In this document: positions 54,601 through 64,000 of the stretch, piece after piece
Position numbering within the stretch: the stretch's first letter is position 1
Layout: each line of letters opens with the position of its first letter
Origin: Camelus dromedarius
Lineage: Eukaryota
Assembly: GCF_036321535.1 (NCBI RefSeq)
Contig: NC_087436.1
Coordinates: forward strand, 620,001 to 684,000
Direction: 5' to 3'
DNA length: 64,000 bases
The notes under the pieces: generated by a model
Told to the model about the DNA's origin: nothing
Databases searched by the model: none
What the model saw: only the letters and a program-made list of their open reading frames with translations
Made by a program: the position numbers and the translations under genes

Positions 54601-57600
54601 TCTCAGAACTGAGCAAGTGGAGAGACGTTCGTTCATCTAGCACCAGGGAACGGGTTGCAGGAGACACTTTTTCTCTGCTTCCTCAGTCTGTTTCCTAGTG
54701 CCGGTTTGAAGTTCCTGCAGTTTTCACTGTAAAACCGAGTTGGAGCTTGTACCTCCCCATATATATGTATGGAATGGAGTTTGCAACTGAAAAGAAACTT
54801 TGTGTTCCCAACAAGCTAGGTGAAGGACGGCTTTCACACACACTTATCTCTCAGAACTGAGCAAGTGGAGAGACGTTCGTTCATCTAGCACCAAGGGAAC
54901 GGGTTGCAGGGGACACTTTTTCTCTGCTTTCTCAGTCTGTTTCCTAGTGCCGGTTTGAAGTTCCTGCAGTTTTCACTGTAAAACCGAGTTGGAGCTTCTA
55001 CCTCCCCATATATATATATGGAATGGAGTTTGCAACTGAAAAGAAACTTTGTGTACCCAACAAGCTAGGTGAAGTACGGCTTTCACACACACTTATCTCT
55101 CAGAACAGAGCAAGTGGAGAGACGTTCGTTCATCTAGCACCAAGGGAACGGGTTGCAGGAGACACTTTTTCTCTGCTTTATCAGTCTGTTTCCTAGTGCC
55201 GGTTTGAAGTTCCTGCAGTTTTCACTGTCAAACCGAGTTGGAGCTAGTACCTCCCCATATATATGTATGGAATGGAGTTTGCAACTGAAAAGAAACTTTG
55301 TGTTCCCAACAAGCTAGGTGAAGGACGGCTTTCACACACACTTATCTCTCAGAACTGAGCAAGTGGAGAGACGTTCGTTCATCTAGCACCAAGGGAACGG
55401 GTTGCAGGAGACACTTTTTCTCTGCTTCCTCAGTCTGTTTCCTAGTGCCGGTTTGAAGTTCCTGCAGTTTTCACTGTAAAACCGAGTTGGAGCTTCTACC
55501 TCCTCATATATATGTATGGAATGGAGTTTGCAACTGAAAAGAAACTTTGTGTTCCCAAAAAGCAAGGTGAAGGACTGCTTTCACACACACTTATCTCTCA
55601 GAACTGAGCAAGTGGAGAGACGTTCGTTCATCTAGAACCAAGGGAACGGGTTGCAGGAGACACTTATTCTCTGCTTTCTCAGTCTGTTTCCTAGTGCCGG
55701 TTTGAAGTTCCTGCAGTTTTCACTGTAAAACCGAGTTGGAGCTTGTACCTCCCCATATATATGTATGGAATGGAGTTTGCAACTGAAAAGAAACTTTGTG
55801 TTCCCAACAAGCTAGGTGAAGGACGGCTTTCACACACACTTATCTCTCAGAACTGAGCAAGTGGAGAGAAGTTCGTTCATCTAGCACCAAGGGAACGGGT
55901 TGCAGTTGACACTTTTTCTCTGCTATCTCAGTCTGTTTCCTAGTGCCGGTTTGAAGTTCCTGCAGTTTTCACTGTAAAACCGAGTTGGAGCTTCTACCAC
56001 CCCATATATATGTATGGAATGGAGTTTGCAACTGAAAAGAAACTCTGTGTTCCCAACAAGCTAGGTGAAGGACGGCTTTCACACACACTTATCTCTCAGA
56101 ACTGAGCAAGTGGAGAGACGTTCGTTCATCTAGCACCAAGGGAACGGGTTGAAGGAGACACTTTTTCTCTGCTTTCTCAGTCGGTTTCCTAGTGCCGGTT
56201 AGAAGTTCCTGCAGTTTTCACTGTCTAACCGAGTTGGAGCTAGTACTTCCCCATATATATGTATGGAATTGAGTTTGCAACTGAAAAGAAACTTTGTGTT
56301 CCCAACAAGCTAGGTGAAGTACGGCTTTCACACACAATTATCTCTCAGAACTGAGCAAGTGGAGAGACGTTCGTTCATCTAGCACCAAGGGAACGGGTTG
56401 CAGGAGACACTTTTTCTCTGCTTCCTCAGTCTGTTTCCTAGTGCCGGTTTGAAGTTCCTGCAGTTTTCACTGTCAAACCGAGTTATAGCTTCTACCTCCC
56501 CATATATATGTATGGAATGGAGTTTGCAACTGAAAAGAAACTTTGTGTTCCCAACAAGCTAGGTGAAGGACGGCTTTCACACACACTTATCTCTCAGAAC
56601 TGAGCAAGTGGAGAGACGTTCGTTCATCTAGCACCAAGGGAACGGCTTGCAGGGGACACTTTTTCTCTGCTTTCTCAGTCTGTTTCCTAGTGCCGGTTTG
56701 AAGTTCCTGCAGTTTTCACTGTAAAACCGAGTTGGAGCTTCTACCTCCACATATATATGTATGGAATGGAGTTTGCAACTGAAAAGAAACTTTGTGTTCC
56801 CAACAAGCTAGTTGAAGGACGGCTTTCACACACACTTATCTCTCAGAACAGAGCAAGTGGAGAGACGTTCGTTCATCTAGCACCAAGGGAACGGGTTGCA
56901 GGGGACACTTTTTCTCTGCTATCTCAGTCTGTTTCCTAGTGCCGGTTAGAAGTTCCTGCAGTTTTCATTGTCAAACCGATTTGGAGCTAGTATCTCCCCA
57001 TATATATGTATGGAATGGAGTTTACAACTGAAAAGAAACTTTGTGTTCCCAACAAGCAAGGTGAAGGACGGCTTTCACACACACTTATCTCTCAGAACTG
57101 AGCAAGTGGAGAGACGTTCGTTCATCTAGCACCAAGGGAACGGGTAGCAGGAGACACTATTTCTCTGCTTTCTCAGTCTGTTTCCTAGTGCCGGTTAGAA
57201 GTTCCTGCAGTTTTCACTGTCAAACCGTGTTGGAGCTAGTACCTCCCCATATATATGTATGGAATGGAGTTTGCAACTGAAAAGAAACTTTGTGTTCCCA
57301 ACAAGCTAGGTGAAGGACGGCTTTCACACACACTTATCTCTCAGAACTGAGCAAGTGGAGAGACGTTCGTTCATCTAGCACCAAGGGAACGGGTTGCAGG
57401 AGACACTTTTTCTCTGATTTCTCAGTCTGTTTCCTAGTGCCGGTTTGAAGTTCCTGCAGTTTTCACTGTCAAACCGAGTTGGAGCTAGTACCTCCCCATA
57501 TATATGTATGGATTGGAGTTGGCAACTGAAAAGAAACTTTGTGTTCCAAACAAGCTAGTTGAAGGACGGCTTTCACACACACATATCTCTCAGAACTGAG

Positions 57601-60519
57601 CAAGTGGAGAGACGTTCGTTCATCTAGCACCAAGGGAACGGGTTGCAGGAGACACTTTTTCTCTGCTTCCTCAGTCTGTTTCCTAGTGCCGGTTTGAAGT
57701 TCCTGCAGTTTTCACTGTAAAACCGAGTTGGAGCTTGTACCTCCCCATATATATGTATGGAATGGAGTTTGCAACTGAAAAGAAACTTTATGTTCCCAAC
57801 AAGCTAGGTGAAGGACGGCTTTCACACACACTTATCTCTCAGAACTGAGCAAGTGGAGAGACGTTCGTTCATCTAGCACCAAGGGAACGGGTTGCAGGAG
57901 ACACTTTTTCTCTGTTTTCTCAGTCTGTTTCCTAGTGCCGGTTTGAAGTTCCTGCAGTTTTCACTGTGAATTCGAGTTGGAGCTTCTACCTCCCCATATA
58001 TATGTATGGAATGGAGTTTGCAACTGAAAAGTAACTTTGTGTTCCCTACAAGCAAGGTGAAGGACGGCTTTCACACACACTTATCTTTCAGAACTGAGCA
58101 AGTGGAGAGACGTTCGTTCATCTAGCACCAAGGGAACGGGTTGCAGGAGACACTTTTTCTCTGCTTTCTCAGTCTGTTTCCTAGTGCCGGTTTGAAGTTC
58201 CTGCAGTTTTCACTGTAAAACCGTGTTGGAGTTTCTACCGCCCCATATATATGTATGGAATGGAGTTTGCAACTGAAAAGAAACTTTGTGTTCCCAACAA
58301 GCAAGGTGAAGGACGGCTTTCACACACACTTATCTCTCAGAACTGAGCAAGTGGAGAGACGTTCGTTCATCAAGCACCAAGGGAACGGGTTGCAGGGGAC
58401 ACTTTTTCTCTGCTTCCTCAGTCTGTTTCCTAGTGCCGGTTTGAAGTTCCTGCAGTTTTCACTGTAAAACCGAGTTGGAGCTTGTACCTCCCCATATATA
58501 TGTATGGAATGGAGTTTGCAACTGAAAAGAAACTTTGTGTTCCCAACAAGCTAGGTGAAGGACGGCTTTCACACACACTTATCTCTCAGAACTGAGCAAG
58601 TGGAGAGACGTTCGTTCATCTAGCACCAAGGGAACGGGTTGCAGGAGACACTTTTTCTCTGTTTTCTCAGTCTGTTTCCTAGTGCCGGTTTGAAGTTCCT
58701 GCAGTTTTCACTGTGAATTCGAGTTGGAGCTTCTACCTCCCCATATATATGTATGGAATGGAGTTTGCAACTGAAAAGTAACTTTGTGTTCCCTACAAGC
58801 AAGGTGAAAGACGGCTTTCACACACACTTATCTTTCAGAACTGAGCAAGTGGAGAGTCGTTCGTTCATCTAGCACCAAGGGAACGGGTTGCAGGAGACAC
58901 TTTTTCTCTGCTTTCTCAGTCTGTTTCCTAGTGCCGGTTTGAAGTTCCTGCAGTTTTCACTGTAAAACCGTGTTGGAGTTTCTACCGCCCCATATATATG
59001 TATGGAATGGAGTTTGCAACTGAAAAGAAACTTTGTGTTCCCAACAAGCAAGGTGAAGGACGGCTTTCACACACACTTATCTCTCAGAACTGAGCAAGTG
59101 GAGAGACGTTCGTTCATCTAGCACCAAGGAAACGGGTTGCAGGAGACACTTTTTCACTGCTTTCTCAGTCTGTTTCCTAGTGCCGGTTTGAAGTTCCTGC
59201 AGTTTTCACTGTCAAACCGTGTTGGAGCTAGTACCTCCCCATATATATGTATGGAATGGAGTTGGCAACAGAAAAGAAACTTTGTGTTCCAAACAAGCTA
59301 GTTGAAGGACGGCTTTCACACACACATATCTCTCAGAACTGAGCAAGTGGAGAGACGTTCGTTCATCTAGCACCAAGGGAACGGGTTGCAGGAGACACTT
59401 TTTCTCTGCTTCCTCAGTCTGTTTCCTAGTGCCGGTTTGAAGTTCCTGCAGTTTTCACTGTAAAACCGAGTTGGAGCTTGTACCTCCCCATATATATGTA
59501 TGGAATGGAGTTTGCAACTGAAAAGAAACTTTGTGTTCCCAACAAGCTAGTTGAAGGACGGCTTTCACACACACATATCTCTCAGAACTGAGCAAGTGGA
59601 GAGACGTTCGTTCATCTAGCACCAAGGGAACGGGTTGCAGGAGACACTTTTTCTCTGCTTCCTCAGTCTGTTTCCTAGTGCCGGTTTGAAGTTCCTGCAG
59701 TTTTCACTGTAAAACCGAGTTGGAGCTTGTACCTCCCCATATATATGTATGGAATGGAGTTTGCAACTGAAAAGAAACTTTGTGTTCCCAACAAGCTAGT
59801 TGAAGGACGGCTTTCACACACACTTATCTCTCAGAACAGAGCAAGTGGAGAGACGTTCGTTCATCTAGCACCAAGGGAACGGGTTGCAGGGGACACTTTT
59901 TCTCTGCTATCTCAGTCTGTTTCCTAGTGCCGGTTAGAAGTTCCTGCAGCTTTCATTGTCAAACCGATTTGGAGCTAGTATCTCCCCATATATATGTATG
60001 GAATGGAGTTTACAACTGAAAAGAAACTTTGTGTTCCCAACAAGCTTGGTGAAGAGCGGCTTTCACACACACTTATCTCTCAGAACTGAGCAAGTGGAGA
60101 GACGTTCGTTCATCTAGCACCAAGGGAACGGGTTGCAGGAGACACTTTTTCTCTGTTTTCTCAGTCTGTTTCCTAGTGCCGGTTTGAAGTTCCTGCAGTT
60201 TTCACTGTGAAACACAGTTGGAGCTTCTACCTCCCCATATATATGTATGGAATGGAGTTTGCAACTGAAAAGAAACTTTGTGTTCCCAACAAGCAAGGTG
60301 AAGGACGGCTTTCACACACACTTATCTCGCAGAACTGAGCAAGTGGAGAGACGTTCGTTCATCTAGCACCAAGGGAACGGGTTGCAGGAGACACTTTTTC
60401 TCTGCTTTCTCAGTCTGTTTCCTAGTGCCGGTTTGAAGTTCCTGCAGTTTTCACTGTAAATCCGAGTTGGAGCTTGTACCTCCCCGTATATATGTATGGA
60501 ATGGAGTTTGCAACTGAAA

Positions 60520-63300
60520 AGAAACTTTGTGTTCCCAACAAGCTAGGTGAAGGACGGCTTTCACACACATTTATCTCTCAGAACTGAACAAGTGGATAGA
60601 CGTTCGTTCATGTAGCACCAAGGGAACGGGTTGCAGGAGACACTTTTTCTCTGCTTTCTCAGTCTGTTTCCTAGTGCCGGTTTGAAGTTCCTGCAGTTTT
60701 CATTGTCAAACCGATTTGGAGCTAGTATCTCCCCTTATATATGTATGGAATGGAGTTTACAACTGAAAAGAAACTTTGTGTTCCCAACAAGCTTGGTGAA
60801 GAGCGGCTTTCACACACACTTATCTCTCAGAACTGAGCAAGTGGAGAGAAGTTCGTTCATCCAGCACCAAGGGAACGGGTTGCAGGAGACACTTTTTCTC
60901 TGCTTTCTCAGTCTGTTTCCTAGTGCCGGTTTGAAGTTCCTGCAGTTATCACTGTCAAACCGTGTTGGAGCTAGTACCTCCCCATATATATGTATGGAAT
61001 GGAGTTTGCAACTGAAAAGAAACTTTGTGTTCCCAACAAGCTAGGTGAAGGACGGCTTTCACACACACTTATCTCTCAGAACTGAGCAAGTGGAGAGACG
61101 TTCGTTCATCTAGCACCAAGGGAACGGGTTGCAGGAGACACTTTTTCTCTGTTTTCTCAGTCTGTTTCCTAGTGCCGGTTTGAAGTTCCTGCAGATTTCA
61201 CTGTGAAACCCAGTTGGAGCTTCTACCTCCCCATATATATGTATGGAATGGAGTTTGCAACTGAAAAGAAACTTTGTGTTCCCAACAAGCAAGGTGAAGG
61301 ACGGCTTTCACACACACTTATCTCTCAGAACTGAGCAAGTGGAGAGACGTTCGTTCATCTAGCACCAAGGGAACGGGTTGCAGGAGACACTTTTTCTCTG
61401 CTTTCTCAGTCTGTTTCCTAGTGCCGGTTTGAAGTTCCTGCAGTTTTCACTGTCAATCAGAGTTGGAGCTAGTACCTCCCCGTATATATGTATGGAATGG
61501 AGTTTGCAACTGAAAAGAAACTTTTTGTTCCCAAAAAGCTTGGTGAAGGACGGCTTTCACTCACATTTATCTCTCAGAACTGAGCAAGTGGAGAGACGTT
61601 CGTTCATGTAGCACCAAGGGAACGGGTAGCAGGAGACACTATTTCTCTGCTTTCTCAGTCTGTTTCCTAGTGCCGGTTAGAAGTTCCTACAGTTTTCACT
61701 GTCAAACCGTGTTGGAGCTAGTACCTCCCCATATATATGTATGGAATGGAGTTTGCAACTGAAAAGAAACTTTGTGTTCCCAACAAGCTAGGTGAAGGAC
61801 GGCTTTCACACACATTTATCTCTCAGAACTGAACAAGTGGATAGACGTTCGTTCATGTAGCACCAAGGGAACGGGTAGCAGGAGACACTATTTCTCTGCT
61901 TTCTCAGTCTGTTTCCTAGTGCCGGTTAGAAGTTCCTACAGTTTTCACTGTCAAACCGTGTTGGAGCTAGTACCTCCCCATATATATGTATGGAATGGAG
62001 TTTGCAACTGAAAAGAAACTTTGTGTTCCCAACAAGCTAGGTGAAGGACGGCTTTCACACACATTTATCTCTCAGAACTGAACAAGTGGATAGACGTTCG
62101 TTCATGTAGCACCAAGGGAACGGGTTGCAGGAGACACTTTTTCTCTGCTTTCTCAGTCTGTTTCCTAGTGCCGGTTTGAAGTTCCTGCAGTTTTCATTGT
62201 CAAACCGATTTGGAGCTAGTATCTCCCCTTATATATGTATGGAATGGAGTTTACAACTGAAAAGAAACTTTGTGTTCCCAACAAGCTTGGTGAAGAGCGG
62301 CTTTCACACACACTTATCTCTCAGAACTGAGCAAGTGGAGAGAAGTTCGTTCATCCAGCACCAAGGGAACGGGTTGCAGGAGACACTTTTTCTCTGCTTT
62401 CTCAGTCTGTTTCCTAGTGCCGGTTTGAAGTTCCTGCAGTTATCACTGTCAAACCGTGTTGGAGCTAGTACCTCCCCATATATATGTATGGAATGGAGTT
62501 TGCAACTGAAAAGAAACTTTGTGTTCCCAACAAGCTAGGTGAAGGACGGCTTTCACACACACTTATCTCTCAGAACTGAGCAAGTGGAGAGACGTTCGTT
62601 CATCTAGCACTAAGGGAACGGTTTGCAGGAGACACTTTTTCTCTGTTTTCTCAGTCTGTTTCCTAGTGCCGGTTTGAAGTTCCTGCAGATTTCACTGTGA
62701 AACCCAGTTGGAGCTTCTACCTCCCCATATATATGTATGGAATGGAGTTTGCAACTGAAAAGAAACTTTGTGTTCCCAACAAGCAAGGTGAAGGACGGCT
62801 TTCACACACACTTATCTCTCAGAACTGAGCAAGTGGAGAGACGTTCGTTCATCTAGCACCAAGGGAACGGGTTGCAGGAGACACTTTTTCTCTGCTTTCT
62901 CAGTCTGTTTCCTAGTGCCGGTTTGAAGTTCCTGCAGTTTTCACTGTCAATCCGAGTTGGAGCTAGTACCTCCCCGTATATATGTATGGAATGGAGTTTG
63001 CAACTGAAAAGAAACTTTGTGTTCCCAACAAGCTTGGTGAAGGACGGCTTTCACTCACATTTATCTCTCAGAACTGAGCAAGTGGAGAGACGTTCGTTCA
63101 TGTAGCACCAAGGGAACGGGTAGCAGGAGACACTATTTCTCTGCTTTCTCAGTCTGTTTCCTAGTGCCGGTTAGAAGTTCCTACAATTTTCACTGTCAAA
63201 CCGTGTTGGAGCTAGTACCTCCCCATATATATGTATGGAATGGAGTTTGCAACTGAAAAGAAACTTTGTGTTCCCAACAAGCTAGGTGAAGGACGGCTTT
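60520..63300. repeat. Tandem duplication of a 6-monomer block (period 1494 bp)
   Basis: ORF pairs 60631/62125 and 61378/62872. Variants CCCCTTATAT, GAAGAGCGG, GAGAGAAGTT, CAGTTATCAC and CAGATTTCAC repeat at +1494. Confidence 0.88.
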
Positions 63301-64000
63301 CACACACACTTATCTCTCAGAACTGAGCAAGTGGAGAGACGTTCGTTCATCTAGCACCAAGGGAACGGGATGCAGGAGACACTTTTTCTCTGATTTCTCA
63401 GTCTGTTTCCTAGTGCCGGTTTGAAGTTCCTGCAGTTTTCACTGTCAAACCGAGTTGGAGCTAGTACCTCCCCATATATATGTATGGATTGGAGTTGGCA
63501 ACTGAAAAGAAACTTTGTGTTCCAAACAAGCTTGTTGAAGGACGGCTTTCACACACACATATCTCTCAGAACTGAGCAAGTGGAGAGACGTTCGTTCATC
63601 TAGCACCAAGGGAACGGGTTGCAGGAGACACTTTTTCTCTGCTTCCTCAGTCTGTTTCCTAGTGCCGGTTTGAAGTTCCTGCAGTTTTCACTGTAAAACC
63701 GAGTTGGAGCTTGTACCTCCCCATATATATGTATGGAATGGAGTTTGCAACTGAAAAGAAACTTTATGTTCCCAACAAGCTAGGTGAAGGACGGCTTTCA
63801 CACACACTTATCTCTCAGAACTGAGCAAGTGGAGAGACGTTCGTTCATCTAGCACCAAGGGAACGGGTTGCAGGAGAAACTTTTTCTCTGTTTTCTCAGT
63901 CTGTTTCCTAGTGCCGGTTTGAAGTTCCTGCAGTTTTCACTGTGAATTCGAGTTGGAGCTTCTAACTCCCCATATATATGTATGGAATGGAGTTTGCAAC

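Larger units (their letters stand above)
1..64000. repeat. Tandem satellite DNA array, ~249-bp monomer, ~257 copies, one orientation (probable centromeric/pericentromeric satellite)
   Basis: The unit GTTGGAGCT(TC/TG/AG)TACCTCCCCATATATATGTATGGAATGGAGTTTGCAACTGAAAAGAAACTTTGTGTTCCCAACAAGCTAGGTGAAGGACGGCTTTCACACACACTTATCTCTCAGAACTGAGCAAGTGGAGAGACGTTCGTTCATCTAGCACCAAGGGAACGGGTTGCAGGAGACACTTTTTCTCTGCTTTCTCAGTCTGTTTCCTAGTGCCGGTTTGAAGTTCCTGCAGTTTTCACTGT(A/C)AAACCGA starts at 1, 250, 499 and so on to 63952. The span 1-63951 equals 257 x 249 minus 42 bp. I saw no non-repeat sequence or inversion. The centromeric role is inference only. Confidence 0.99.

Noticed and set aside
147..63603. About 80 short ORFs (60-137 aa) on both strands, such as MYGMEFATEKK..., MLFGNTKFLF... 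and MQETLFLCFL...
   Set aside because: All are translations of the same monomer. They open or close with single stop-removing substitutions, overlap in opposite frames, and show no recognisable domain. The longer ones (108 and 137 aa) simply read into the next monomer because 249 is divisible by 3.
1..64000. CRISPR array or other repeat-spacer system
   Set aside because: There are no unique spacers: the entire 249 bp is repeated. There are no cas-like or other genes.
1..64000. Hidden transposon insertion, inversion or unique island within the array
   Set aside because: The monomer phase is continuous from start to end (net deviation 42 bp over 257 units, explained by 1-2-bp indels), and every line read matched the monomer on the + strand.
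1..64000. Assignment to a named satellite family or species, such as alpha satellite or mouse minor/major satellite
   Set aside because: Monomer length and sequence do not match families I can recognise with confidence; a database search is needed.

Overview
The whole 64 kb window is one uninterrupted, single-orientation, head-to-tail array of a ~249-bp satellite monomer: about 257 full copies plus a 49-bp partial copy, differing from each other by only a few substitutions or small indels. It looks like eukaryotic (peri)centromeric-type satellite DNA, but I cannot name the family or species from the sequence alone. I see no genes, transposons, RNA genes or CRISPR array; every listed ORF is a by-product of the repeat, because 249 = 83 x 3 keeps reading frames in phase. 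The informative structure lies in the variants. There is a recurring 8-monomer higher-order repeat (HOR, 1990 bp) and nested block duplications in exact monomer multiples (1, 3, 4, 6, 8, 15 and 24 monomers in tandem, plus copies 17, 19, 20 and 28 monomers apart). Variant sub-families change from left to right, and the monomer itself appears to be an ancient ~124+125 bp dimer. It also carries a CENP-B-box-like motif split by 13 bp. All counts and boundaries were read by eye or taken from ORF-track offsets and are approximate.
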